A DNA stretch of 17,558 bases from an uncultured Deinococcales bacterium (GCA_964247135.1 CAXTTL010000091.1:1-17558); one strand, 5' to 3'; shown: positions 7,172 through 16,028, counted from the first letter of the stretch. The notes: generated by a model not told the origin, from the sequence alone. Program-made: numbers and translations.

Positions 7172-7600
7172 TTATGAGGAAATTTGGTTCTCAAAACTCG
7201 AGACCCAACAACCAATCCGCGCCGTAATCATCGTTAAAACCCACCCAAACATCGGGTTTTGGCACGCTGTGACCAAAACATTCAACTTCTCGTAAATCGA
7301 ATCGATCCAACCCTTGCGATCACCGCGTTCGGTTTCTTCACGGACAAAATCATCCCAAGCCAGACAGCGTTTGTTCTTGACCCAGGCGTAATCCTCGAAC
7401 AACTCGATCAAGCGAAACTTGCCGTGCTTCTCGAGCAGCAAAACATCGGGCGTCCCCTCGAGCGTGGTGTGGGCAAGCGCCAGCCAACCGCGTTCCGCCA
7501 AAGGATGCTCGTGCTCGAGTGCATCCAGCGCCCTTGGTTGGGCGTAATGAATGGCGATACCTTCATCCTCGAGCGCCACTGGTTCAGACAATAATTTCAT
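7172..7600 (-). CDS. Hypothetical protein (C-terminus possibly frameshifted)
   Basis: Host-like codon usage with several CTC-GAG Leu-Glu pairs; ATG at 7600; no motif recognised. Confidence 0.6.
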   Translation of the reverse strand: MKLLSEPVALEDEGIAIHYAQPRALDALEHEHPLAERGWLALAHTTLEGTPDVLLLEKHGKFRLIELFEDYAWVKNKRCLAWDDFVREETERGDRKGWIDSIYEKLNVLVTACQNPMFGWVLTMITARIGCWVSSFENQISS

Positions 7601-7687
7601 AATCAATAGTTTGCTCGAGATTTGGGTATTTGTGAAGTGGTGCGGTAAAAGCATTCTCGCTCAGGGTTAAGCACGCCTCAAAACGGT

Positions 7688-7693
7688 TAGACT
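7688..7693 (+). promoter_or_regulatory. Putative -10 element (TAGACT) for the M16 peptidase operon
   Basis: GGTTAGACT lies about 48 nt upstream of TTG 7741; RBS AGGAG at 7731-7735. Confidence 0.45.
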
Positions 7694-7740
7694 GAAGAAC
7701 GTTCATCGCCAGTCTGCAAAACTGGCAGCCAGGAGCTTTT

Positions 7741-8964
7741 TTGATTCACTCAACCACACTTGAAAACGGTTTTACCGTCATCAGCGAACCTCAACCGTGG
7801 CAACCCAGCGTCAGCTTTGACTTGCTGATTCCAGCCGGTGCGGTCAACGAACCCGAAACCATGCGCGGCGTGACCAGCGTGCTCGAGGATTGGATGGATC
7901 GCGGCGCGGGAAACCGTGACTCTCGAGCGCTTTCGGACGCCTTCGATAACCTCGGCGTGCGGCGCGGCGGCGGGGCTGGACTCGAAGGCACCAGCTTTTC
8001 AGGTGCGATGCTCGAGACGGATTTGAGCGCGGCGTTTGAACTGTTCGCCGATGTGATTCAGCGCCCAATCCTGCCCGACACCGAACTCGAGCCTTGCCTG
8101 GAATTGGCGCGGCAAGACATCGAATCGCTTGACGACAGTCCCGCGCAAAAACTGTTCGTCAAACTCCGCGAACGCTTTTTTGTAAGCAACCACGGGCGCT
8201 CGGGCATGGGCACGCTCGAGGGTCTGGCAGCCATTACGGGCGCTGCCGCTCGAGCCGATTACCAAAACCGTTTCACCCCAAACGGCGCAATTCTGGGTGT
8301 CTCTGGCGGCGTCAAATGGGATGAATTGCTCGAGTTGGTCACGCGCCTGTTCGGTTCTTGGACTGGAAAACCTGCCAGCAATCCAGCCCCCAAAATGCAA
8401 GGCGGATTTTACGACCACATCGTGCAAGACACCGCCCAAGTTCAAATTGGAATGCTTTACCCCAGCCTTGCGCCCACCGATCCGCACTGGCTCGAGTCGC
8501 GCCTCGCGCTTCTGGTGCTTTCAGGCGCGGGATTCTCGAGTCGATTGATGCAGGAAGTCCGAGAAAAACGCGGGCTGGTCTACAGCGTTCGGGCTTCGGG
8601 ATCACCGATTAAAGCCGCCAGCACGATCAGCGTTTACGCGGGAACCAGCCCAGACCGCGCCCAGGAAACCCTGAATGTGATCCAAGAAGAAATGCAAAAA
8701 ATGCGGCTCGGCGTCACGCTCGAGGAACTTGAACGCGCCAGAATTGGCTTGCTGACCAGCCTGGTCATGAGCGAAGAATCCAGCGGCGCTCGAGCGGGAG
8801 GTTTGGTGCGCGACTGGCATTTGCTGGGTCATGCCCGAGAACTCGAGGATTTGAAAGCCAAGGTCAAAGCCGTCACGCTCGAGGGTGTGAACACGTGGCT
8901 TGCCGCCAACCCGTTCGAGAATCCTGGCGTGATGACGCTTGGACCAAAAGCGCTGAATTTGTAA
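7741..8964 (+). CDS. M16B (pitrilysin-family) peptidase, non-catalytic subunit
   Basis: TLENG start and SSRLMQEVREKRGLVYSV motif. HxxEH is replaced by SVLED. Confidence 0.9.
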   Translation: MIHSTTLENGFTVISEPQPWQPSVSFDLLIPAGAVNEPETMRGVTSVLEDWMDRGAGNRDSRALSDAFDNLGVRRGGGAGLEGTSFSGAMLETDLSAAFELFADVIQRPILPDTELEPCLELARQDIESLDDSPAQKLFVKLRERFFVSNHGRSGMGTLEGLAAITGAAARADYQNRFTPNGAILGVSGGVKWDELLELVTRLFGSWTGKPASNPAPKMQGGFYDHIVQDTAQVQIGMLYPSLAPTDPHWLESRLALLVLSGAGFSSRLMQEVREKRGLVYSVRASGSPIKAASTISVYAGTSPDRAQETLNVIQEEMQKMRLGVTLEELERARIGLLTSLVMSEESSGARAGGLVRDWHLLGHARELEDLKAKVKAVTLEGVNTWLAANPFENPGVMTLGPKALNL

Positions 8965-8990
8965 ATCTCGAGAAATGAAATTTATGCCTT

Positions 8991-9014
8991 GGGCGCAGCA
9001 AGCGGCGCCCCTAC
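8991..9014 (-). repeat. Single GTAG-family REP
   Basis: The minus strand reads GTAGGGGCGCCGCTTGCTGCGCCC (GTAG plus GGGCGC...GCGCCC palindrome), between the two M16 genes. Confidence 0.65.
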
Positions 9015-9051
9015 GAAACCCCAAATATTGGGCATAACAGGAGTGCAATCA

Positions 9052-10281
9052 ATGGAATTTCAACAAACAACATTGTCAAACGGATTGACCGTCATCGGCG
9101 AACACAACCCTCAAGCCAAAAGCGTGGCTGTTGGGTATTTCGTCAAAACAGGCTCGAGGGACGAAAGCCCAGAAATTTCGGGCGTCAGTCATTTTCTCGA
9201 GCACATGATGTTCAAAGGTTCAGACACGATTTCGGGCGATGAAATCAACACCGAATTCGATGAGGTCGGCGCAAAATACAATGCCTTCACCAACGAAGAA
9301 CTGACCGCCTATCACGGTGCGGTGCTGCCCGAATTTCAACCACGACTGGTAAAACTCCTGACGACCATGATGCGCCCAGCGTTGCGAAACACGGACTTTG
9401 ATGTCGAGAAAAAAGTGATTCTCGAGGAAATTGAGATGTACAAAGACCGCCCAAATTTCATGGTCTTTGACGAATTGCGCCCAACCTACTTTGGTCAGCA
9501 TCCACTCGGCAACAGCGTGCTCGGCACGAGCGGAAGCATTCTGGCGCTGTCTCGAGATGCCATGTTCGAGTATTTTTCGCGCCGTTACGCGCCGAACAAT
9601 TTGGTGCTCGGCGTGGCGGGAAATTACGACTGGGATGCACTTTTAACCCAAGTTGGCGAGATGACCTCGAGTTGGACGCCAGCCACCACCGGACGCAATC
9701 AACCCACCTTTGCCCCGACCAGCACGATCAAAACCATCAACTCGAGCAAAATCAACCGCGCCCATATTGCGTTAATGACCCCAGGATTCTCGAGCTTGGA
9801 CCCACAACGTTACGCGGCTGGCGTGCTCGGCTGGATTTTGGGCGACGGTGAAAACTCGAGGTTGTACTGGGCGTTGGTGGACAACGGTTTGTGCGACGAA
9901 GCCAGTTTTGACCACACCAGCGAGGACGGACTCGGGCATTTTGGCGGCTACATCAGCACCGATCCAGAACGCGCCAAAGAAGCCTTGGCAACCTTCAAAA
10001 ACGTGCTCGAGGATGCCCAAAAAAACGGTGTGACGCTGGAGGAACTCGAGCGAGCCAAACGCAAAGTCGCCGTGTCTATTGTACTCCGCGCCGAAACGCC
10101 TTACTCGAGGTTGTTTTCCATGAGCATGGAATACCTCGACACCCTTGAGTACAAACCGCTCGCTGAGGTCGTCAAAACCGTGCAAAGCATCACGCTCGAG
10201 GAAGTCAACGCGATTCTCAAAACCCGCCCGTTTGATGCCATGACGGTGGTTGGTTTGATGCCAGACGGCTTTGCATTGTGA
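9052..10281 (+). CDS. M16B zinc peptidase, catalytic subunit
   Basis: GVSHFLEHMMFKG (HxxEH), YNAFT, EKKVILEEI. AGGAG precedes ATG 9052; the ORF-track start at 8989 is at the REP. Confidence 0.93.
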   Translation: MEFQQTTLSNGLTVIGEHNPQAKSVAVGYFVKTGSRDESPEISGVSHFLEHMMFKGSDTISGDEINTEFDEVGAKYNAFTNEELTAYHGAVLPEFQPRLVKLLTTMMRPALRNTDFDVEKKVILEEIEMYKDRPNFMVFDELRPTYFGQHPLGNSVLGTSGSILALSRDAMFEYFSRRYAPNNLVLGVAGNYDWDALLTQVGEMTSSWTPATTGRNQPTFAPTSTIKTINSSKINRAHIALMTPGFSSLDPQRYAAGVLGWILGDGENSRLYWALVDNGLCDEASFDHTSEDGLGHFGGYISTDPERAKEALATFKNVLEDAQKNGVTLEELERAKRKVAVSIVLRAETPYSRLFSMSMEYLDTLEYKPLAEVVKTVQSITLEEVNAILKTRPFDAMTVVGLMPDGFAL

Positions 10282-10316
10282 ACTCAAAGCAAATGCTGAT
10301 AACATGAAACCCACCC

Positions 10317-10883
10317 ATGATTGACCGTCTGAAACTCCCGTTTTCGTTCGACCCAATGCGTTTAAAACACGACCTCGAGAATCTCGAGCACTTGGGTTGG
10401 ACGGATCATTTTGTCAAACAGAATTACGAGGGTTCTTGGAGCGTGATTCCGCTCCGAGGCACGGCGGGCGCGACGCATCCGATCATGATGATTTACAGCG
10501 ATCCAAACGCCAAGGACTTTGAAGACACGCCTTTTTTGGAATCCAGCCCGTATTTTCAGGAAGTGCTGCAAGGATTTCAATGTCCGCTCGAGGCGGTTCG
10601 CCTGATGAAACTCAGTGCCGGTTCGATCATCAAAGAGCACACCGATTATGACCTGGCGTTTGAAGACGGTCACGCGCGGTTGCACATTCCAGTCGCTACC
10701 AACTCCGCAGTCGATTTTCAGTTAAATCATCGGCGCGTGGTCATGCTCGAGGGTGAATGCTGGTATTTAAAACTTAGCGAACCGCATTCGGTTGCCAACC
10801 GTGGTGAGGCAGACCGTGTGCATTTGGTGATCGACGCATTGGTGAATCCTTGGCTCGAGGAAATCTTTCACAACAACCTCTAA
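10317..10883 (+). CDS. Aspartyl/asparaginyl beta-hydroxylase-like Fe(II)/2-oxoglutarate dioxygenase
   Basis: RLMKL..GSIIKEHTD (HxD), RLHIP, GECW, PHSVAN...DRVHLVID. Confidence 0.85.
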   Translation: MIDRLKLPFSFDPMRLKHDLENLEHLGWTDHFVKQNYEGSWSVIPLRGTAGATHPIMMIYSDPNAKDFEDTPFLESSPYFQEVLQGFQCPLEAVRLMKLSAGSIIKEHTDYDLAFEDGHARLHIPVATNSAVDFQLNHRRVVMLEGECWYLKLSEPHSVANRGEADRVHLVIDALVNPWLEEIFHNNL

Positions 10884-10884
10884 A

Positions 10885-11337
10885 TTATAGTTCCCGCAGC
10901 ATGTATGTTGGTTGCGGGTTTTCAGCTTCAAAGCCGCTCGAGCGATAAAATTCTACGGCTTCTTGGTTGTCCGCCAGCACCCAAACCACATCAACATCAT
11001 TTTCGCGCATCCAAGTTTCCATTTGGTTCAAAAGCGCTCGACCAATACCTTGCCTGCGCCAATCTTGATGCACACCAATTTCGTACAACACAAGCTCCTG
11101 CCCTGTATTCGAGCGCAGTAAAATGACGTTGCATTGTAAAAACCCAAGAATGGCATCACCTTCAAATGCAACCCAACAAAGCACGTCGGGATGCTCGAGA
11201 AAACGTTTTGCGTTTTCGGGCTTTAGCGGTGGTTTTGGTGCGCCGCGATCATCAAGGTCAAAGTCGGCATCGTGGGTTGCCAGAAACTCGAGGATTGCTT
11301 CATCACCTGCGCCGAGTTGTTTGATTGAAACTGCCAT
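10885..11337 (-). CDS. GNAT-family N-acetyltransferase
   Basis: Motif A VHQDWRRQGIGRALL and N..AVEFYRSSGF; RBS GAGGTG before ATG 11337. Confidence 0.9.
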   Translation of the reverse strand: MAVSIKQLGAGDEAILEFLATHDADFDLDDRGAPKPPLKPENAKRFLEHPDVLCWVAFEGDAILGFLQCNVILLRSNTGQELVLYEIGVHQDWRRQGIGRALLNQMETWMRENDVDVVWVLADNQEAVEFYRSSGFEAENPQPTYMLREL

Positions 11338-11406
11338 CGGGTTCACCTCTGAATAGCATTGTCGCTCGAGATTCTATTTGGAAATGTTGAGGTTTAAACT
11401 TGAGGA

Positions 11407-11907
11407 ATGATTTTCCCACTCGAGCAATGGATTCGTGTTTCACAAGAAATGAACTTGCGCTTTGAGAAACTTCGAGGGATTGCCGTGTGCGAAGCCAATC
11501 CCACGCCATTTCACCAAATGGAAATTGATCGGATTCGGGCGAGTGTTCGCGTTACCAATCCTAACGTTTCTGGTATTCATGTGGCGAATGTTTTGTTCGC
11601 TTTTGAGGATGATACGTTCGTCCAACCCGATATTGCTTTTTTAGCCGAGTTACCAATTCTTCTCGAGACTTATGAAGCTTTAAGCGTCGTTCCATCCGCC
11701 GTGATTGAAGTAACATCACTGGGTTTCGAGCGCAAAGACCTCGAGTTCAAACCACGGTTTTATCTTGAAAAAGGCGTAAAGGACATTCTGATTTTTGATC
11801 CGCGCACGAAAGTCATTTTGTATCACCGGCAAGAATGGACTGAACCCAAACAATTCTCGAGTCCAGCAAGATTCGAGTTGGAATGCGGTTGCGAAGTCAC
11901 AATTTGA
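11407..11907 (+). CDS. Uma2-family (DUF820) PD-(D/E)xK endonuclease-like protein
   Basis: P.P.HQ, QPDIAF, PSAVIEVTS...KD...K..FY...GVKDILIFDP. Confidence 0.85.
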   Translation: MIFPLEQWIRVSQEMNLRFEKLRGIAVCEANPTPFHQMEIDRIRASVRVTNPNVSGIHVANVLFAFEDDTFVQPDIAFLAELPILLETYEALSVVPSAVIEVTSLGFERKDLEFKPRFYLEKGVKDILIFDPRTKVILYHRQEWTEPKQFSSPARFELECGCEVTI

Positions 11908-11969
11908 AGCTCGAGATTTTTGTTTGTCAAGGTCTGGTTATGTTCACGTTACGGCGGTAACATAGCATC

Positions 11970-14900
11970 ATGTCCGACTCGAGCAACCCGTTACGACCTG
12001 GGGACGCCAACCCCGCCGACCTCCACCACAACCTCGAGGCTTCACTCAAAACCCCGAAACGCTTCGCACACTTGCATCAGCACACACAATATTCGCTTCT
12101 GGACGGTGCAGCGCGAATCAAGGATTTATTGAAATGGGTTTTGAAAACCTCCCCAGAAAACCCGACCGTCGCCATGACCGATCACGGCAACATGCACGGT
12201 GCGGTGCAATTTTTCAAGTATGCCAACGAGTACGGCGTCAAACCGATCATCGGTTATGAGGCGTATGTTTCGGCAGGCTCGAGGTTTGACCGCAAAATGG
12301 AAAAGGGTGTCGATGGTGGGTATTACCATCTGACGCTGCTGGCAAAGAATTTTGAGGGCTATCAGAACCTCTGCAAGTTATCCTCCATCGCGTATCTCGA
12401 GGGTTATTATTACAAGCCCCGCATCGACCGTGAGGTGCTGGCGCTCCATCACAAAGGCGTGATCGCCATGAGCGGTTGCCTGGGTGCGGAAGTCCCAAAT
12501 TTGATCTTGCAAGATCGGCTCGAGGAAGCCGAAGAGCGTTTAAAGTGGTATCAAGCGCTTTTTAAAGAAGATTATTTCGTCGAGATTCAAAACCACGGTT
12601 TGCCAGAGCAGCAAAAAGTCAACCCCGTTTTGAAAGCTTGGGCGATCAAGCACGGCATCGGCATGGTTGCCACCAACGACGGGCATTACGTCAAACACGA
12701 AGACGCTTATGCCCACGAGGTTTTGCTCGCCATTCAGACCAAAGCGCTGATGAGCGAAGAAAAACGCTTTAAATTTTCCTGCGATGATTTTTACGTCAAA
12801 ACCCAACTCGAGATGGAAAAAATGCTGCCCAGTTCTGACTGGGGCGATGAGATTTACGACAACAGCATCAACATTGCCGACCAATGCAACCTCGAGCTTC
12901 CGATTGGCAACAAGCGCGTTTACCAAATGCCAGCGCTTCCAATTCCCGAAGGTCGTTCGATGGCGGAAGAGTTGCGGGTGCAAGTCTTTGAGGGTTCTCA
13001 AAAACGTTACCCCAAAGATTTGACCGATGCCTTGTACCGCCGTTATGTGCAAGTCAGCCTCGAGAAACTTGATATTGAGCGCCAAACTGCCCTGTTAAAG
13101 CGTATTCCAAACCTGAACCCCGAAACCGCGAGCCTCGAAACGCTGATTCTGGCGATGGCGTTTATGGGAACACTCTGGGTTGAACAATTTAAAGACGAAA
13201 AATACACGCAATACCCAGGGCTGGACTGGCTCGAGGAATTTGAGCCTGATGCTTGGGGGCAAGGTTTGGTGGTCTTGCGCCGCGCCGAGTACGAATCGGG
13301 CGTGATTATTCGCATGGGTTTCCCAGATTACTTTTTGATCGTCGCGGACTTTATCAACTGGGCGAAAGACCAGAACATTCGCGTCGGACCTGGGCGCGGT
13401 TCGGGTGCGGGTTCGCTGGTGGCGTATGCGCTGCGGATCACCAACTTGGACCCGCTGTTTTACGGTTTGCTGTTCGAGCGTTTTTTAAACCCCGACCGCG
13501 TTTCGATGCCCGATTTTGACGTGGATTTTTCGGACGCGCGGCGCAACGAAGTGATCGAGTACGTGCGCAACAAATACGGTGACGACAAGGTTGCCATGAT
13601 CGCCACCTTCGGAACGATGGCATCTCGCGCTGTGTTTAAAGACGTGGCTCGAGTTCTGGAATTGCCCTTTGCCGAAGCGGACAAACTCTCCAAACTCGTG
13701 CCCGTCAAATTCGGTAAAAGCCTTTCGCTCGAGGATGCCGCCAAAACCGTGCCTGACATTGCCGCGATGCTCGAGGAGAACGAAAAAACCAAAGAGGTTT
13801 TTGGCATTGCGCAGTCTTTGGAGGGTTTGACCCGTCACGCCAGCGTTCACGCCTCGGGGGTCATCATTGGACGCGAACGCCTGGACAACCTTGTGCCCTT
13901 AATGCGCGACTCGAGCGGCGAGGGTGTGGTCTGTCAACTCGACATGAGCAGCGTCGAAGATATTGGTCTGATCAAAATGGATTTTCTTGGACTTCGCACA
14001 TTGTCGTTTCTCGAGGAAGCCATGCGTATCGTCAAAGAATCCAAAGGCGTTTCGCTCGAGCCTGATGATTTCCCGCTCGACGATTCCAAAACCTACGATC
14101 TGATCTCGAGGGGTGAGACCAAGGGCGTGTTTCAACTCGAGGGTGGCGGGATTACCGAGGCGGCAAAACGCCTGAAACCCAGACGGATTCAGGATGTTAA
14201 CGCGCTCTCGGCGTTGTATCGCCCGGGTCCGATGGACAACATTCCGGCGTACATCGAACGGCATCACGGGCGCGAAGAGGTGCGTTACGACCAGGGCGAG
14301 TTTGATCTTCCGACTTGCGAACCGTTTTTGAAGCCGATTCTCGAGGAAACATACGGTATTCCCGTCTATCAAGAGCAAATCATGCAGATTGCGAGTGCGG
14401 TTGCGGGGTATTCACTGGGTCAATCTGACCTCTTGAGACGCGCAATGGGAAAAAAGAAGTTAGAGGAAATGAATAAAGAGCGTATTAAATTTGAAGAAGG
14501 CGCTCTTAGTGTTAATAAAATTCCTAAAAAAGAGTCAAATCGCTTGTTTGATATCCTAGAAAAATTTGCCAATTACGGATTTAATAAATCTCATTCTGCT
14601 GCATACGCCTTTATTTCATTCCAAACCGCTTATATCAAAGCCCATTATCCTGTTGAATTTATGGCGGCGCTGCTGACCGTCGAACGAAAAGACAGCGATA
14701 AAGTTGCAGAATATATTAACGATGCCAGACAACTCAAACTCGAGTCTGGCAACAAAATGCAGGTCTTGCCACCAGACATTAACCTTTGCTCGAGCGACTT
14801 TAAGGTGGTTGGCGAAAAGATTTTGTTCGGACTTTTTGCCGTTAAAGGCTTGGGCGAGGAATCGGTGCTGGCGATTCTCGAGGAACGTCAGAAAAACGGT

Positions 14901-15914
14901 GCGTTTAAGGGCTTGGCAAATTTTTGCTCGAGGTTGCAGCATGTTGGTTTGACCCGTCGTTGGGTGGAAAACCTGGTCAAAGCTGGCGCGTTTGATGCCT
15001 TCGGCGTTCGGCAATCCTTGCTCGAGTCGGTCGAAGATGCGCTCGATTACGCGGTGGGTCAGGCGCAAATGGCAAATCAGGGCATGGATGCGCTGTTTGG
15101 CATGGCGACCATTGCGCCAGAACCCAAGTTGCGGGTGATTCCGCCGGCTCAAACCGAAGATGAGTCTCGAGCGCGAGCGATTCAACAATTGCAATTCGAG
15201 AAAGAAGCAGTGGGTTTGTACATTTCTGGGCATCCGCTCGAGCATTACCCTGGAATGCTCGAGGCTGCCAGCACCAAAGCCCCAAACCTCGAGTATTGGT
15301 TTCACAATTCGGGTACGATTGCGGGCTACCGTGGGCGCAAGAAGGCGGTGCTGGCAGGCATGATTTCGGGCGTGCAACGCAAACCCACCAAATCGGGCGG
15401 CATGATGGCACGAGTCAATCTGACCGACAATGTGGGTTCTCTCGAGCTTGTGGCGTTCTCTCGGGCTTACGAGAAAATAAATACCAAACTCGTGGAAGAC
15501 ATGCCTGCGCTGGTGATCGTCGAGGTTGAACCAGACGGCGAGGGTATTCGGGTCAGCATCGAAGATGTCTTGACTTTCGATGAGGCTCGAGCCATGCCGA
15601 AAATCTTGTCGCTCGAACTGGATTTGGAAGAAGTTGGGGATGGTCAACTCGAGCATTTGGATGAAATTTTGCAAAATCAAGAAGGTGTTCCGAACACGCC
15701 AATTCGCGTTCGGGTTCGTTCTGAAGCAGGTTATGAGGTCTGGGAACTCGAGGTCAAAGCCACGCCCAGCACCCCAGAAACCCTGAAACTCGAGTGTCCG
15801 TGGTTACAACCCAAACTGGGCATCAACGGCGATGCAGTGCTGGCAAAGTACGAACGTGCGCCCAAGCCTTGGGAGAAAAAAGCGCAGGGTGGCGAAGCTC
15901 GAGTCTTGAATTGA
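11970..15914 (+). CDS. dnaE: DNA polymerase III alpha subunit (DnaE1 type, intein-free)
   Basis: PHP motifs HLHQHTQYSLLDG, TDHG, TNDGH; GPGRGSGAGS; SMPDFDVDF; KMDFLGL; YGFNKSH; C-terminal OB fold. Confidence 0.98.
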   Translation: MSDSSNPLRPGDANPADLHHNLEASLKTPKRFAHLHQHTQYSLLDGAARIKDLLKWVLKTSPENPTVAMTDHGNMHGAVQFFKYANEYGVKPIIGYEAYVSAGSRFDRKMEKGVDGGYYHLTLLAKNFEGYQNLCKLSSIAYLEGYYYKPRIDREVLALHHKGVIAMSGCLGAEVPNLILQDRLEEAEERLKWYQALFKEDYFVEIQNHGLPEQQKVNPVLKAWAIKHGIGMVATNDGHYVKHEDAYAHEVLLAIQTKALMSEEKRFKFSCDDFYVKTQLEMEKMLPSSDWGDEIYDNSINIADQCNLELPIGNKRVYQMPALPIPEGRSMAEELRVQVFEGSQKRYPKDLTDALYRRYVQVSLEKLDIERQTALLKRIPNLNPETASLETLILAMAFMGTLWVEQFKDEKYTQYPGLDWLEEFEPDAWGQGLVVLRRAEYESGVIIRMGFPDYFLIVADFINWAKDQNIRVGPGRGSGAGSLVAYALRITNLDPLFYGLLFERFLNPDRVSMPDFDVDFSDARRNEVIEYVRNKYGDDKVAMIATFGTMASRAVFKDVARVLELPFAEADKLSKLVPVKFGKSLSLEDAAKTVPDIAAMLEENEKTKEVFGIAQSLEGLTRHASVHASGVIIGRERLDNLVPLMRDSSGEGVVCQLDMSSVEDIGLIKMDFLGLRTLSFLEEAMRIVKESKGVSLEPDDFPLDDSKTYDLISRGETKGVFQLEGGGITEAAKRLKPRRIQDVNALSALYRPGPMDNIPAYIERHHGREEVRYDQGEFDLPTCEPFLKPILEETYGIPVYQEQIMQIASAVAGYSLGQSDLLRRAMGKKKLEEMNKERIKFEEGALSVNKIPKKESNRLFDILEKFANYGFNKSHSAAYAFISFQTAYIKAHYPVEFMAALLTVERKDSDKVAEYINDARQLKLESGNKMQVLPPDINLCSSDFKVVGEKILFGLFAVKGLGEESVLAILEERQKNGAFKGLANFCSRLQHVGLTRRWVENLVKAGAFDAFGVRQSLLESVEDALDYAVGQAQMANQGMDALFGMATIAPEPKLRVIPPAQTEDESRARAIQQLQFEKEAVGLYISGHPLEHYPGMLEAASTKAPNLEYWFHNSGTIAGYRGRKKAVLAGMISGVQRKPTKSGGMMARVNLTDNVGSLELVAFSRAYEKINTKLVEDMPALVIVEVEPDGEGIRVSIEDVLTFDEARAMPKILSLELDLEEVGDGQLEHLDEILQNQEGVPNTPIRVRVRSEAGYEVWELEVKATPSTPETLKLECPWLQPKLGINGDAVLAKYERAPKPWEKKAQGGEARVLN

Positions 15915-15949
15915 AACAAATAGCAATCAGCGATTAGCAAATAACAAAA
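15915..15949. repeat. Degenerate 7-bp tandem repeat (5 units)
   Basis: AACAAAT AGCAATC AGCGATT AGCAAAT AACAAAA directly after the dnaE stop. Confidence 0.45.
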
Positions 15950-15981
15950 CCCCTCCGAGCCACACGTGTATAGCGCTTAAA

Positions 15982-16023
15982 TTCCCTTCTCCCGCTGGCG
16001 GGAGAAGGGTTAGGGATGAGGGT
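15982..16023 (-). repeat. CCCTCA-CCC-N-CCCTTCTCCC...GGGAGAAGGG palindromic repeat element; may act as terminator between convergent genes
   Basis: The minus strand reads ACCCTCATCCCTAACCCTTCTCCCGCCAGCGGGAGAAGGGAA, with a 12-bp stem CCCTTCTCCCGC/GCGGGAGAAGGG. Confidence 0.65.
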
Positions 16024-16028
16024 GGGCT

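Noticed and set aside
10317-11907. Hydroxylase-GNAT-Uma2 as a defence, toxin-antitoxin or CTCGAG restriction system
   Set aside because: The genes are convergent or divergent with separate promoters, no methyltransferase is present, and Uma2 paralogues are common stand-alone genes.
14346-14738. Absence of CTCGAG as independent proof that the dnaE tract is foreign
   Set aside because: A similar-length gap exists at 13236-13647 in normal-GC sequence, so only the GC and codon shift counts as evidence.
11970-15914. Intein within dnaE
   Set aside because: The protein is contiguous through all known insertion motifs; no C...HN splice junctions or LAGLIDADG blocks.
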